From an uncultured Gammaproteobacteria bacterium (GTDB lineage: Bacteria; Pseudomonadota; Gammaproteobacteria; CAWCPV01), in assembly GCA_963797555.1 (NCBI GenBank), contig CAWCPV010000017.1, forward strand, positions 32,001 to 96,000: a stretch of DNA of 64,000 bases, given 5' to 3'. Of this stretch, positions 19,793 to 32,152 are shown piece by piece. The notes beneath the pieces are model-generated. The model had not been told where the DNA came from. It was given only the letters and a program-made list of their open reading frames with translations, and did not search any database. Both the position numbers and the translations under genes were made by a program. Each line of letters begins with the position of its first letter. Position 1 is the first letter of the stretch.

Positions 19793-20228
19793 TGTGCCAA
19801 TAATGACTGAGACACGGGTTTCCTGGAATGTAAGTATGATTCGAGGGCGGACTGGAGGATGTCATGCCCAAGCCTGTTTCAGTTGGAAGTGGTACTGAGG
19901 TGGTAGCCAACCCTGAGCATGATCGGGGGCTGCATCGGCGCTTCTCGGCCGAGGACAGGCAACGTCTTTTGGCCGAGGCCGAGGCTTGCACTGAGCGTGG
20001 AGCACTGGCGGCGCTGCTGCGTCGAGAGCGGCTGTACAGCTCCCAATTGGCGGCCTGGCGTGTGCAGCTCGAGCGTGAAGGCGAGGCCGGGCTCGCACCC
20101 AGGAAGCCGGGTCGCAAGGCGCTCAAGGATGCCAAGGACCGGCGCATCGAGGCGCTGGAGCGCGACAAGGCGAGGTGGCACCAATGGCAACTTACTTTCC
20201 AACCGCCCGTGTCTCAAAGTTATCGACA
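19793..20228 (+). mobile_element. IS3-family element with internal deletion (orfA 5' part joined to right end)
   Basis: Ends TGTGCCAATAATGACTGAGACAC and GTGTCTCAAAGTTATCGACA; orfA RRFSAE..LLRRERLYSSQLAAWR; orfB absent. Confidence 0.8.
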
Positions 20229-20301
20229 CGTTCCGGTGGGGCACACGCTTCCTGGCCCTTGCTCCCAATGTGCTGCGCATTTTTATCATATCTTTGCGCC
20301 A

Positions 20302-21025
20302 CTATTCGTTTCCATTGTTCAGATCGACAACCCAGCCTTCGCTCGTTTGATAGAGTTTTGCTGTCCGGATAGTCGGCATCTGCGGGTCCATGTTCAGGTA
20401 GGGGTGACCCCATGATACTACATCATAGAGTTCAACATAGTAATCTACCCGAGTAACGAGACCCATCGCCGTCCCGCCCAGAATAGCCCCCGTAACTGGC
20501 GTTGTCCAGCGAACAACTCCAGTCACACGAAGCTTGGCGATCACTATAGTAGTCTCGTCTCGCACCGACAGATCCAATAGCCCCGGCCTTCTGCAATTGC
20601 ACATTATCTATCACAGCCCACCAAGCCGGTGCGATTCTTCTAAAGTACTCATCGTCCGTATTCCACCACCTAGCGATCACAAAACTTCGATCTGTCAAGG
20701 CGTCGACGATGCCACTCCGTGATCGATCATTCGGATTATATGCAATCACGGAGTACGTTCCATTATTCAACTTTTCCATGACTGCTCTACCGGACTGGGG
20801 AAGATGTAATCCGACCCAAGTACCTATTGGAGCCGGCCCGTTAACATCCACTCTCTCAAATGAAACCCCGACCCCCTTACCGTTCGCATATTTTTCTATG
20901 GCCGCCTTGAAGTTGGCAGCCGTGGCTTCCCGCGGGTCGTTGAACACCGCATTACAAGAGGATATAGCCATAGCCGATACAATAGCTGCAACGAAAGTCA
21001 AAAAAACCGGTGTGCTGGGGTTCAT
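20302..21025 (-). pseudogene. Low-GC putative lipoprotein, frameshifted
   Basis: Lipobox-like ISSC; continues in ORF 20302-20604. Confidence 0.45.
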
Positions 21026-21059
21026 GGTGCAATTCCTCTATTGTCAATCGTCACAAGTT

Positions 21060-21320
21060 GCCACTGCGGTTCTTCGCCATCCCCGCACGCAAGAACCTCC
21101 TCCACGGGGAAGCCGTAGGAGGCCGCGAGGTCCTTCATCCCCCCGAAGTGCTAGTCTTCCGATCCTCGACCCGCCGCCGGTTGAGCTCCTGCTCGATGTT
21201 TCCGGGCGAGCTGCCGCAGCTCCTGGGTGGAGAACCCCGCGCCAGGTTGACCTCCGCCGCCGTCGAGAGCTGAGCCACGTCCGCAGCTCCAGCCGCCTTC
21301 TTCGCTGTTGTTGCCTTCAT
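21060..21320 (-). pseudogene. Second H-NS-like N-terminal domain gene, frameshifted
   Basis: Across frames: VNLA.FSTQELRQLA.NIEQELNRRRVEDRK..MKDLAASYGFPVEEVL. Confidence 0.5.
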
Positions 21321-21544
21321 CGCCCCTCGTTACCTTGGAATGAGCAGTCCCTTGGGCAAGCCGTCGAATACGGTGGTCATTTCGTACTCCTGTTGCTGTG
21401 TCGTGCCCTACAAGGGCGAAGTGCGATACACTGTGGGACAATGGGGAAGTGTATAGAAAGACAGAGGGACCCGCTAGCAATCGGCCGGATGCGGGCTCCT
21501 CCAGGCTCGTGGAGCGGGCCTTATTCCTAAGAAGGAGAGTTGCC

Positions 21545-22285
21545 ATGGCAGACGATGATAAGAGCGTGCCGACAACGACAGTAATAATCAAGCGGGATTC
21601 CGGGAACGCGCTTGGTATAGCATCATTTGTATTTGGCGTTATCGGTATTTTTGTTCTGTCTCCGGTATTTGTCCCCCTTGCGGTACTTCTCGGGATCATT
21701 GCAGTAATCAAAAAGCAGCTTGTCTGGGGGATACTAGGGTTAGTTTGTGCAGTTATCGGATTCGTAACATCGCCCATCCTTATGGGAATGATTGCTGGAT
21801 TAACAATTTTATCAAATGTACCTCAAATTCAGACCACACAAGGAAGCAACGAGGTCATTCGAAGAGAATTACCTATAGAAAACCAACGTCCTCAGTTGGA
21901 GGCACAACCGGCGCGACAAGCTGCGACGTACAAACCACCCGATGCCGCCATGTCATACGCAACCACGCCAAGCAAACGAGAGTTGCTACATCCGGACTTC
22001 GACTGCGCTAGGGCAAGAACTTACGCTGAGGTCGCGATCTGCACCAACAGCCTGTTAGCGGACGCCGATGGGCGGCTTGGTAGGATCTACCGGGCGTTGA
22101 GGCACTCGCTGTCAGAAAGCGACTCCCAGGCGCTTAAGAAGCAGCAACTAAGGTGGCTACGGCAACGGGATATTGCGCTCAAGAATGAATGTTCCGCTGG
22201 TGGTACGTTAGATATTGACTGCGCACTGCGCCTATGGCAGGACCGCATTACGGCTCTTGAATCTATGAGGTCTCAAGTACCGTGA
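21545..22285 (+). CDS. Membrane protein with C-terminal LprI (lysozyme-inhibitor-like) domain
   Basis: N-terminal TM helices; PDFDCARARTYAEVAIC..LKKQQLRWLRQRD..C..DC...QDRITAL. Confidence 0.75.
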   Translation: MADDDKSVPTTTVIIKRDSGNALGIASFVFGVIGIFVLSPVFVPLAVLLGIIAVIKKQLVWGILGLVCAVIGFVTSPILMGMIAGLTILSNVPQIQTTQGSNEVIRRELPIENQRPQLEAQPARQAATYKPPDAAMSYATTPSKRELLHPDFDCARARTYAEVAICTNSLLADADGRLGRIYRALRHSLSESDSQALKKQQLRWLRQRDIALKNECSAGGTLDIDCALRLWQDRITALESMRSQVP

Positions 22286-22316
22286 CCGTGGACCCTAGTG
22301 GCAACACTCAGATTCA

Positions 22317-22614
22317 GTGGGGCTCGACGGCGCTGCGCCCGCCCGGCAGATGCCGATAGAGAGTGGAAGGCGCTACTCCAAGCCGCTTGGCCACCTGCTC
22401 GACGGTGATCGCAGGATCGCGCAGCAAGGCCTTGGCCGCCGCCAGGTCCTCCCGCGAGAGCGCTGGCGGGCGGCCGCCCAACCGGCCCCGGGCGTGCAGG
22501 CCGCCACGCGGCGGCCCCCGCCCACCCGAGAGCAGCCCAGTGGAGGCGCAGCGCGGTCGATCTTCGGTACGGCCACCTTGACTCGGCCATGGCCCGTCAG
22601 TCCGGCGTGGGCAT
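22317..22614 (-). pseudogene. Serine resolvase/invertase remnant (C-terminal HTH)
   Basis: GGRPPALSREDLAAAKALLRDPAITVEQVAKRLGVAPSTLYRHL; most of the catalytic domain is missing. Confidence 0.7.
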
Positions 22615-22651
22615 AGCCGACGCTGCCAACTGGCTCTTACGTCACGGGTCG

Positions 22652-25600
22652 TTACCGCATGGCCGGGACTTCAGGCCCGGTGCGCGCAGCGCATAGAGCT
22701 TCCAGCATGCTTCTCACGTAGCTGTCCCTGTCCTCCTCCTGAAAGAGGACGTGCCGTTTCTGCATCTCGCTCTTCTCCATATTCCAGAGCATCCTCATCG
22801 TGGCGGACGGCGTGTTCGAAACGATGAAGGACTGCAAGCGCACGTTGGGATCGCCGAGGCGCTGCTCGATCTCTTTGATGGTCTCATAGAACTGGATCTT
22901 GGGATCGGTCGGCCCGAGGTTCCGGATGCCCTTGGGGTCCACGAAAATCACGTGCTGCTGCCCGCCAGCGAGCAGCCAGAGAATGAAGTCGGGGTGAAAG
23001 TTTCCGGCCTCGAAGAAGCCGACGCCGCGGCCCTTGCTCAGGTTGCGCAGCAGGTAGAGCTCACGGGTATCGAAGAAGTCCGAGTTTCCGTCGTGGAACG
23101 CCTTCAGATCCTCCACGAACTGGCGCTCACCCTTGTTGAGCGGGGCGGGGCTGATCTCGACGATCTTCGAGTCCAGATAGAGCAGGGGCTGGTAGAGGTG
23201 CTTGCCGAACCAGATGGCCTTCAGGCCCCGGAACTCCCAAGGCTTGAGTTCGCCCCTCTCGATCGCGGCCTTGAGCTCTCCGAGCTTGGCGACGATCTCC
23301 TCCTGCGACTTATCGATCAGGATGCGGTAGTGGCCCTCGTCCGGTGATTCCTTCACACACAGGAAGTTCGGGTCGTCGCCCTCCAGGTCGCGATACTCCA
23401 GGTGCGGCAGTTCCCACTCGCGTTTGCGGAAGGTGTAGTAGCGCTCGGTGTACTTCTTGAGCAGCGAGGTGGCGATCTCTTCCCACAGCCGCATCCGTTC
23501 GAAGGAATCGAAGGCCAGCTCCTCGGCCGGAATCAGCAGGCGGTACCAGCTCTGATCCGCCAGCAACGCCTCGATTCCCGGGCGCGTCAGGTTGAGGTTG
23601 TACCAGCCGCGCTCCGCCTTGAATCGCTCGAGTTCGAAGTAAAGGCGATCGACATCGAGGAAGGCCAGATGCCGGGCGCTCAGGTGGGTCTGGTTGGGTG
23701 CGGCGTCCGCGTCGCCGCCCACCAGGCCCCCCGACTTCATCGCCTGGATCTTCGGGTACCAGTTGAGCACGACCTGGTTCTTTTGCAGGTACCCCGTGCC
23801 CGGATCGCGGGCCGGGTCCGGCTTGGCCAGCATAGGTATGGGCGCAAGCTTGCGGAATGCATCGCCGAACTCGGTGCTCACACCGTTGATGGTCTTCTTG
23901 AGGCGGATCGTCTTGAGCTTCCGCGTGCCCAGGTTCTTGATCACCGGCAGCAGGAACTCGTCGCGGTCGTCGTTGGTGGGCAGGCCCTCCTCTTCAAGGA
24001 AGTCGCGGAACTGGGTCATGTAGTCGGCGTGGATGCCGAAGATGCCGAGCGTCTCCAGGACGTTGAGGTGCTTGGGCCGCTCGACGCCTTCCGGCAGATC
24101 CGTCTTGCCGCTGCGCTTGAGGCTCAGGTCATAGCCCTTGAGCCGCACGCCGCGGCCGAACAGCTGGATGATCTGCGCGCCTTCCCCCTTGCCGACATTC
24201 ATCAGGCCCATGGTCGATACGCGCCAGCTGCTCCACCCTTCGGTGAACTTCTTCGAGCCGATCAGCAGGTTCACCGGCGAATGCGGCTTGTTGATCTCGT
24301 GGAACAGGGACCCCGAGAACTCGCGCTCGCCGGTGGCCAAGCCTTTCTCCTCGCACAGCTTCACCAGCTTGGCGTCGTCGCCCACGTTGATGACGCCGAA
24401 GGCCTCGTTTTCGGCGCCCAGCCGCAGCGCCACTTCGCCGGTCGCTCCTTTCAGATTCTCGACGTAGAGCTGGCCGCCGCCCGGCGCGTTGAAGAGCGTT
24501 GCAAGTGTCTCTTCGAAGATCTGCGCCGGCGAGAGTCTGCAGGTGTTGAGATACGTGAAGCGCCCGGCAAACAGATTCTTGCGTGTCGCGGTGACAAGCC
24601 CCTGGCTCAGCACCCGCTCGATGCGTTGAATGCTATCCGCCCGATCTGCCACATAGCGGGCCAGGAACTGCAAGATCTCCACGATATCCGAGGCGTCCCG
24701 CGTGGCCAGCGTCGCCGTCACGCTGCTGCCTACGAAGATCCACAGCGGCTTCTCGATGTTGAAGGGCCGGAAGGTCGCGCCTTGCTCGCGGTAGAGCCGC
24801 TGCTGCTGGAAGAACGAGAGCAGGCAAGCCACCAGATACAGATCGAGGTGGTTCCGCTGCGTTCCCTCGTCGAGGTTGAGGATCTGGTAGTCCTTCCCGA
24901 AGCCGTCGCCGTAGAAGTAGCGGTACGAGTAGTCGAACAGCGTACTCTTGGCGTACAGCTCGATAAGCGATGGCTTGCCCTTGAGCGATGGCTTGCCCTT
25001 GACCGCCTGCCCGAAGGTGGCCGAGTACTCGAACGAGAACCCCTTCTCGCAAAGCCTCTTACGCGCATCCATCCACGCACCCTCTTCGCCGCCGCTGGCG
25101 CCGCGGTGCCCCTCATCCACCAGCACCAGATTATTGCCCTCGAAGGCGTCGATGGCGATGGTCTTGTCGCCCATGTCTTCGCGGAGCTTGGTGACCTCGA
25201 GGATCTCGACCGCACGCCCAGTGAACAGTCCGCGCCCATTCTTGTTAAACAGTTCCGCGTCGATGCCCGCTACTTCGAACTCGCGCAGATGCTGCTGCGA
25301 GAGGCCCTCGTTCGGCGTGAGCAGCAGGATGCGGTTCAGCTCGCGCCGCCGGCCGTGCCGGTTCATGGCGTGCTGGTACTGGAGGATGTTGGCGTGCATC
25401 AACAGCGTCTTGCCGCTGCCGGTGGCCATCCAGAAGGCGAGCTTATTGAGCTGCGGCCAAGCCTCGGCGGCCCCGTCGAAGGGCGCGATCTGGTCGGCCT
25501 CGGGCTTGTCCGCGTTGTAGACGCCCACCTGCGCGTTCAGCGCCGCGAGCAGCGCCTTGGGATCGCGGAAGTAGCGGTCGAGGTAGATCTCGGTGAATAG

Positions 25601-25969
25601 CAAGGTCAGGTACTGGAAGTACTTCCATACAATCGGCTCCTCGCCGCGCATGAGACGCCGCTCGTTCAGCCGCTGTGTGTGTCGGACGATGTTCTGGTCG
25701 TATTCGAGCAGCAGTTCGGTGGGCAGTTGCGTCAGGTTGAAGAACTGGGCCGTGAGTGCGTGGTGGAAGTGGTGGATGTTGTTCTCGTCCAGCCCTTCCA
25801 TCGCCTCGTTCCTCAGGTGTTCGGCCAGATCCTCGAAGCGCTTCACGTTGAACAGCGACAGCAGCCACTGGTTCAGCACCAGCTTGTAGGCGAACGGCAC
25901 CTGCGGCCGGTTGTTGGAGCGGCCGCGCGCTGCTGTGGCATTTTTCGCGGGGCGTTCTCGTGCCATCAC
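22652..25969 (-). CDS. res: Type III restriction endonuclease subunit (SF2 ATPase + PD-(D/E)xK nuclease)
   Basis: [42 protein letters not shown]; intact 1105 aa. Confidence 0.9.
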   Translation of the reverse strand: MMARERPAKNATAARGRSNNRPQVPFAYKLVLNQWLLSLFNVKRFEDLAEHLRNEAMEGLDENNIHHFHHALTAQFFNLTQLPTELLLEYDQNIVRHTQRLNERRLMRGEEPIVWKYFQYLTLLFTEIYLDRYFRDPKALLAALNAQVGVYNADKPEADQIAPFDGAAEAWPQLNKLAFWMATGSGKTLLMHANILQYQHAMNRHGRRRELNRILLLTPNEGLSQQHLREFEVAGIDAELFNKNGRGLFTGRAVEILEVTKLREDMGDKTIAIDAFEGNNLVLVDEGHRGASGGEEGAWMDARKRLCEKGFSFEYSATFGQAVKGKPSLKGKPSLIELYAKSTLFDYSYRYFYGDGFGKDYQILNLDEGTQRNHLDLYLVACLLSFFQQQRLYREQGATFRPFNIEKPLWIFVGSSVTATLATRDASDIVEILQFLARYVADRADSIQRIERVLSQGLVTATRKNLFAGRFTYLNTCRLSPAQIFEETLATLFNAPGGGQLYVENLKGATGEVALRLGAENEAFGVINVGDDAKLVKLCEEKGLATGEREFSGSLFHEINKPHSPVNLLIGSKKFTEGWSSWRVSTMGLMNVGKGEGAQIIQLFGRGVRLKGYDLSLKRSGKTDLPEGVERPKHLNVLETLGIFGIHADYMTQFRDFLEEEGLPTNDDRDEFLLPVIKNLGTRKLKTIRLKKTINGVSTEFGDAFRKLAPIPMLAKPDPARDPGTGYLQKNQVVLNWYPKIQAMKSGGLVGGDADAAPNQTHLSARHLAFLDVDRLYFELERFKAERGWYNLNLTRPGIEALLADQSWYRLLIPAEELAFDSFERMRLWEEIATSLLKKYTERYYTFRKREWELPHLEYRDLEGDDPNFLCVKESPDEGHYRILIDKSQEEIVAKLGELKAAIERGELKPWEFRGLKAIWFGKHLYQPLLYLDSKIVEISPAPLNKGERQFVEDLKAFHDGNSDFFDTRELYLLRNLSKGRGVGFFEAGNFHPDFILWLLAGGQQHVIFVDPKGIRNLGPTDPKIQFYETIKEIEQRLGDPNVRLQSFIVSNTPSATMRMLWNMEKSEMQKRHVLFQEEDRDSYVRSMLEALCAARTGPEVPAMR

Positions 25970-26014
25970 GTGCCATCCATTCCAAACATCACGCGAAGGG
26001 GAAGGGTGTATCCA

Positions 26015-27811
26015 TCACAGCGCCTCAAACCAAGTCTTGATCTTCTGGGCCATGAGCTTTCGGCGCACCTCTAGGAGGTCATCATATGTGGGAACCTCGC
26101 CATCGAGAAACGCGTCGGGCACGCAGTTCGCCCGCAGGTTGGCGCGCATCTCGGCCGCGTCGGTGATGCCGCCGTACTTTTTCTTGCCGCCGTTGCACTG
26201 CTCGGCCAGCTCCTGGAAGTAACACTCGGGCGGCTTGTCGCCGATGACGATATTGATCTCGCTTTGGGCTAGCACGAAGTTGGCGATCTGGTTGTAGCGT
26301 CCGCGTGAGAGACCTTGCGCCTTCAGGTGCTTCTTCGGGTAGACATGGTGGACGTCACTGCGGTTCATCAGCAGGTCGAGCACAGTAATGTCTCGCGAGA
26401 GAAAGCCTTTGTCGCCGAGCTTCACCTGCGCTGCCTGATAGCAGAGAAAGTACGGGCTTTGGGCGGAGGAGGTATCCATGAGCTGAGGCAGCATGCCGGT
26501 CCAGAAACTATCCGGCAACTCGTTCTCGATCACCGACTCGGCGTAGCTCAGGAGGCCGCGTGCCTCCACTTGGCGGATGTCGAAGTCGAAGGCGGTCTCT
26601 GGGGCGCCCGTGTAGCGCCCGCGCAGCACAGACATGGCGTACCAACGCCGCACCAGCCGCTCGAGATCGGCTGCCGGCATACCGTCCGCCCGCCCGCGCA
26701 GGTAAACGATGTAGGCGAAGTTGACGGCGTTACGGCCGCCGATCAGGTTGCTCGTCACGAATCCTGCGGAGCGCAGGATCATCGTGATTCGTTCAGAGTG
26801 CGTCTTGTTGATGAAGGCCAGGACGCCTTTTTTGAGCCGAGCGAAGGACTCCTCGGCAATGGCCTCCTCGAACTGCTTGGTCTCAAAGTTGCGGCCCGAG
26901 AGCAGCGCCACCAAGTCCTGCAGCTTGCCACGCCGGAACTCGGAGGTGAACGCCACGCGCAGCATATCGGTGTAGGTTGGGTCGTAGATATCATCGTTCG
27001 TGTCCTTGAGCCAGCGCATCTGGGGCAGGAACTCGGAGGCAGCGAAAGCCTTGTCGTTCTTCTCAATGGTGGGCAGGAACTCCGGGGCGACCGCAAGGTG
27101 GCAGAAGTAGTCGATCGCCTTGCGCAGAAGGTTCCCGCCGTAAGTCTCGTTGACCGCGATCTTCGACATGGCGAAGTCGGCCTGCGAGAGCTCGGTTCCA
27201 GCCGAGTTCACGCGGATGAAGATCTCGGTGACGGTCTCAATGTCGAGGTCGTCGGCCAGCTCGATCACGCCAACGTGGTTGTTGATGATCTTGCGGAGTC
27301 TCTCGATGCTTGCGAAGACGGCGTCCTGGGACACGCCCGGGTTCTTTGAGCAGTGGTTGCCGACAAGGTGAAATACGCTCGTCGTGGGCGCGAAGACCTC
27401 GGCAACGTCTTCGATCCAGGCCACGTCCTTGCGGATAGCGGGGTTGGCGACCTCAAACCTCTCATCCTGGGGGTGAAAGGCGATGCGGATACGGACGGTC
27501 TCGTACTCCTTGGTGAGCACCTCGCGACCGAGCAGCGCCGCCATGAGCGCTGTGACGCGCTGCTGGCCGTCGATAAGAATGCGCTTGCCGGCGGACGGCG
27601 TGCCGTCCTTGAGCTTTACTGTGGGATTTCGCCATGCAATCAGGTAGCCGACCGGGTAGCCTTGGTAGAGCGAGTCGAGCAGGTTGCGAACCTTGGTCGC
27701 CTCCCACACGAAGGGCCGCTGGATCTCAGGGATGGCGATCTCCCCCGACTTGACCCAAGTAAGGATAGTCTCGATGGGATGTGGGGTGACGGAATAGCGT
27801 TGCGTGGACAT
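26015..27811 (-). CDS. DUF262 + HNH-like C-terminus, GmrSD-family (Type IV-like) protein
   Basis: [23 protein letters not shown]; C-terminal [14 protein letters not shown]. Confidence 0.85.
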   Translation of the reverse strand: MSTQRYSVTPHPIETILTWVKSGEIAIPEIQRPFVWEATKVRNLLDSLYQGYPVGYLIAWRNPTVKLKDGTPSAGKRILIDGQQRVTALMAALLGREVLTKEYETVRIRIAFHPQDERFEVANPAIRKDVAWIEDVAEVFAPTTSVFHLVGNHCSKNPGVSQDAVFASIERLRKIINNHVGVIELADDLDIETVTEIFIRVNSAGTELSQADFAMSKIAVNETYGGNLLRKAIDYFCHLAVAPEFLPTIEKNDKAFAASEFLPQMRWLKDTNDDIYDPTYTDMLRVAFTSEFRRGKLQDLVALLSGRNFETKQFEEAIAEESFARLKKGVLAFINKTHSERITMILRSAGFVTSNLIGGRNAVNFAYIVYLRGRADGMPAADLERLVRRWYAMSVLRGRYTGAPETAFDFDIRQVEARGLLSYAESVIENELPDSFWTGMLPQLMDTSSAQSPYFLCYQAAQVKLGDKGFLSRDITVLDLLMNRSDVHHVYPKKHLKAQGLSRGRYNQIANFVLAQSEINIVIGDKPPECYFQELAEQCNGGKKKYGGITDAAEMRANLRANCVPDAFLDGEVPTYDDLLEVRRKLMAQKIKTWFEAL

Positions 27812-28900
27812 GGGTCAGACCCTCTCCATTTCGAACATCAGCCGGTGGAAGTCCTCTTCGATCAGCCGCACCTTCCACAGGTCGTCGGGGGTCTTGAGGT
27901 TCTCTAGATTGTTGCCGCCGTTGACGTAGATGAGGTCGAACTCACTGTCTTTGGCCGAGTATCCCTGCTTGGTGAACCATTCGTCGAGCACTAGATTGTC
28001 CTGCTCCGGCTCGCCGGTGAGCTTGCGCCAGATGATGAGCGTCTTGCGGCCGTCGGGCGTGGTACCGGTGACGGTGCGGAACCAGTGCGGGCCGTCCGCC
28101 TCCTGCTTGAGCCGGCCCTTCAGGCGCAGGCGCTTTTCGCTGTCGCGCTCGAACGCGGCGCTGAAGGTCTGCGGCGCGGCGATGTGCTTCACGGTGAGGC
28201 CGATCAGCCAGTTGAAGGTCTCCAGTAGATCGACGTTGACCTCGCGGCTTTCGTCCGATCCGGGACGCTTTACCTTGAGCTTGTAGGCCGTTGGGTCGGT
28301 GAAGGCCTGCACGTTGAGCAGCGACTGGCTGCCGCGCGTCTCGACGTCGAGCATGTAGCGCAGGATGTACTGCTCCCTGAGGCCGTCCGCCCCTTGCGCC
28401 TCGGCGGCGTCGAGCAACAGTTGCTGCTTGTCGAGGCGACGGGTCTCTAGGTTATTGAGCGCGTCTTCGTAGGATTCGAGACGAAGGACCTTGACGATGC
28501 GCGGGCTGCGCTCGGCTTCCTCGGGCGTGGCGAGGCGCTTCGGCTTGCCGTTCTCCCAGTCTGGACTGAAGATCACCTTCTTCACACGGGGAACAAGAAC
28601 GTCGTCGAAATAGTCTCCCATCTCGATCAGCAGGCACGACCGTGTACTGGCGTCACGTCTGTTTGCATCCCACACAGCCTGCGCTGTTGTTCCAGAACCT
28701 GCGAAGAAATCGAGGACAACATCGGATCCACCAGTCGTTTGGCGAACGAAACGTTCTATGAGACCGGGCGGCTTGGGGTTGTCGATCAGCCCATGGCGTT
28801 ATACACATCTCCCCGTAGCTAGGGCTGCTGCCCCTCTGGGCACAGCCCCAGGAAGCTGATTCAATGCCCCCATCGTTCACCAGGTGACGAGGGGGAGCAG

Positions 28901-29773
28901 ATGGAGAAGGGGTTGCCGAGGTGGTTGGGTGGGCGCGTGCTGAGCGCGGGGGAGCTTGAGAGCATACGGCGGGAGGCTCGGCTGGCGGAGCCCCGAGTGC
29001 GAGCCGAGGTGGCGCGGCGGGTGTGTCGGGTGCTGGGGTGGACCGATGCAGCCGGTAGGCCCAAGCTGATGAGCTGTCGAGTCGGGCTGCTGCGGCTGCA
29101 TCGGGCAGGCTGGATCGAGCTGCCGGCGCCGCGCAACGGTAACGGCAATGGGAAGGGGCTGTCGCGCGAGCCGCAAGATTGGCCCGCTGAGGTACCGGTG
29201 GTGGGCGCAGTGCGGGATTTGCAGGGTCTGCACTTGGCGCCGGTTGCTGACCCGGCGGACTCGGCGCTGTGGAATGGGCTCATCGACCGGTACCATTATT
29301 TGGGCTACCGGCCGCTGCCCGGTGCCCAGCTGCGCTATCTGATTCGCTGGGACGCGGGTGTGGTGGGGGCCATGGGCTTCGGGGCCGCGGCCTGGAAGGT
29401 GGGCGTGCGCGACCGCTGGATTGGCTGGGATGCGCCAAGCCGTGCGCAGCACCTGGGGCAGGTGCTGAACCATGCGCGGTTTCTCATTCTGCCGTGGGTG
29501 CGGGTGGCGAACCTGGCCTCCAAGGTCCTCGGGCGGGCCGCGCGGCAGGTGCCGGGCGAGTTCGAAGAGCGCTACGGGGTACGCCCGGTGCTGCTGGAGA
29601 CCTTTGTCGAGGCCGGCCGGTTCGCGGGCACCTGCTACCGGGCGGCCAACTGGCATCATCTGGGGCAGACCACCGGGCGGGGCAAGCTCGACCGTGAGGC
29701 GCTGCCCATCAAGGATGTCTATGTGTATCCGCTCGATGGCCGCTTTCGCCGGGCGCTCGGGGGAGCCGCATGA
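28901..29773 (+). CDS. DUF4338 (Druantia DruA-like) domain protein inside the IS4 element
   Basis: HYLGYRPLPGAQLRY, RDRWIGW, RFLILPWVRVANLASKVL, LLETFV..GTCYRAANW..G.TTGRG; its stop overlaps the transposase ATG. Confidence 0.85.
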   Translation: MEKGLPRWLGGRVLSAGELESIRREARLAEPRVRAEVARRVCRVLGWTDAAGRPKLMSCRVGLLRLHRAGWIELPAPRNGNGNGKGLSREPQDWPAEVPVVGAVRDLQGLHLAPVADPADSALWNGLIDRYHYLGYRPLPGAQLRYLIRWDAGVVGAMGFGAAAWKVGVRDRWIGWDAPSRAQHLGQVLNHARFLILPWVRVANLASKVLGRAARQVPGEFEERYGVRPVLLETFVEAGRFAGTCYRAANWHHLGQTTGRGKLDREALPIKDVYVYPLDGRFRRALGGAA

Positions 29774-32152
29774 ATGCCCTGGCCGAGGAGCTGGCCGCCA
29801 TCGACTTGGGTGATGCGCGCCTCAACCGCCGGGCGCGACGCACCCTGGAGAAGCTGGGAGCCCATCCCATGCAGAGCATTCCCACCGCCTGTGGCGGCTG
29901 GGCCGAGACCTTGGCGGCTTATCGGCTGTTCGACCATCCCCAGGTCACCGCCCAGGCGGTGCTCGAGCCCCATTACGCCTGCACCGAGCAGCGTATGCGC
30001 GAATACTCGGTGGTGCTGTGCATCCAAGACACCACGGAAGGGGACTATAGCGGCAAGAACGACATCGTCGGGCTGGGCCCGCTCAACTACGAGACCCGCC
30101 GTGGATTGTACCTGCACCCCACCCTCGCCGTGACCCCCGAGCGGGTGCCCTTGGGGCTATTGGATCTATGGAGCTGGACCCGCGAGGCGGGCAGTCTGGG
30201 CAAGGAGCAGGGCCGCCGGCCCATCGAGGAAAAAGAGAGCCTGCGCTGGCTGGAGGGTTATCGACGCGTCTCGGAGCTCATCGAGTCCCTGCCCGAGACC
30301 CAGTTGGTCTATGTCGCCGACCGCGAGGCCGACATCTACGAGGTGCTCGCGGAACGCGCCGCCACGCAGCCCTGCGCCGAGTGGCTCATCCGCGCCGAGC
30401 GCGCCCGGCTCGCAAGCGCGCCGGTGCTGGCCGAGGCCGAATTCGACCTGCCCGCCACCGTGGGAGGAGGGATTCGCTCTGACCGAGCGCCTCGGGCAAC
30501 TGGGCAATGTTCTCTAACGCCGGCGCAATCTCCTGTTTGTCATTGGGGTGCTGGGTGACGTGGTGCTCCACGATGAGATGCGTCTCGACATCCACCCCGG
30601 CCTGCACGTTGTAGGCCTGTTGAACCTCCACTGGAGGTGGGCATGATGCGTGATTCTTCATCGTCAGATTGACTTGGTTTGGCCTGCGGGCCAGGTGTCG
30701 GAGGACTCGGCGCCTTGCCCGAGCCTTTGCGGTGTGTTTCATAGACCTCGCGCTTGGCCTGCTTCTGTTGAACTCCGCCTGCTCGCGCTCAAAACGCGCC
30801 TGCGCCGGGTGGATCTCCTCTTTCGCCGGGCAATCGCCGCCAGTCGCTCTTCGCGACGCTTGATCTCGGCGGGAATATCCATCTCCTCCGCCAGTGAGCT
30901 CGGTGGCCTGCTCGGCAAAGCGCATCAGGGCTTGCACTTCCTCCTGAAGCTGCGCCTCGAGCGGTTCGCGTACTCCCAACTCAGCGCCTTATGCTTGCTG
31001 GCGTTTGCTTTGACTTGCTCCATCCAGCGCAATCGTGCCAGCTTCACCAGCCCCATCTCTGCCGCCACCAGCAAGATCTCGACAAACAGCCCCTCCAGCT
31101 CCTTCAGAAACCGCCTGCGGAATTGCGCGATGGTGTCATGGTCGGGTGCGTGTTGGCACAGATATACCGAAACGCGATCGAATCATGGGTGCCTTCTCCA
31201 GCTTGCGACTGGAAAACACCCCCGTGGCATAGCGTAGAACAGCAACGCCACTAACATCGCCGGGTGGTAGGGCTTCGACCCCTTACCCCCGTACACCGCC
31301 GACAAATGCCTCAGCTCCAACTGCTCCACAATCTCCACCACAAATCGAGCCAAGTGCCCTTCCGGGAGATAGTCCTGCACGCAAGGCGGGAAAATATCCG
31401 GGGTATCGCGGTCTATCGGGATGAATTCAACAGCCATCTTGCTCCCCAGGCGGTGGCCCGCTACAGTGCGCCTATTCTACCCCCAGTGGCTCCAAGTCCA
31501 CAGCCTCCTAGGCGTCCGGCGCGGCGCATCCACCAGCAACTGCGCGTCGCACGCCTCACTTTCAAGGCCCCGCATCGCTCGGACCGCACCCTGGCGGACA
31601 TCGAGGTGAGCGCCGTGCTGGCCCGCGAGGTGGACCCGCCCCAGGGCGAGGAGCCCATCGAGTGGCTGCTCCTCACCAGCCTCCCCGTCGAGACCGCCGA
31701 GCAGGCCCTGGAGAAGCTCCAATGGTACCTCTGCCGGTGGCAAATCGAGGTGTTCTTCAGAGATCCTCAAAAGCGGCTGCCGCATCGAGAAGCTGCAGCT
31801 CGAGACCCTCGAACGCCTGGAGCCCGCGCTCGCCTTCTACCTCATCATCGCCTGGCGGGTGCTCTACCTCACCCTGCTCGGGCGCGACTGCCCGCAGATG
31901 CCCTGCAACGTGGTGTTCGCCGAGGAGGAATGGCGCGCGGTGTATATCGTCACCAAGCGCCAGCCCCCGCCTGAGACACCCCCCTCGCTCGATGCGATGG
32001 TGCGTATGGTGGCGAGCTTCGGCGGCCTCCTCAATCGCAAGGGCGACGGCTTCCCGGGTCCGCAAAGCCTGTGGATCGGGCTGCAGCGAACCCGCGACTT
32101 CGTGCTCGCCATGGACGCACAACGGGCCTCACAGAGCCCGAGATGTGTATAA
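29770..32152 (+). pseudogene. IS4-family transposase interrupted by an IS1182 remnant
   Basis: LGDARLNRR, IQDTTE, VADREADIYE, EWLLLT, YLCRWQIEVFF, GFPGPQSLWIGL; frameshift near 31760. Confidence 0.88.
30470..31510 (-). mobile_element. IS1182-family remnant (3'-truncated, frameshifted)
   Basis: QDYLPEGHLARFVVEIVEQL, PYHPAMLVALLFY, QVNLT, QAYNVQAGVD; one end CTAGGAGGCTGTGGACTT. Confidence 0.8.

Noticed and set aside
3950-22660. Integron cassette array (scattered RYYYAAC / GTTRRRY words near 4021, 5882, 7903, 13938, 22624)
   Set aside because: I could not pair the boxes into convincing attC stems, and no IntI is present; needs a covariance-model search.
23402-25600. Long plus-strand ORF (732 aa) and similar ones at 16762, 39168, 43030, 49110, 54406, 61777
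   Set aside because: Antisense shadows of high-GC genes with no recognisable motifs.
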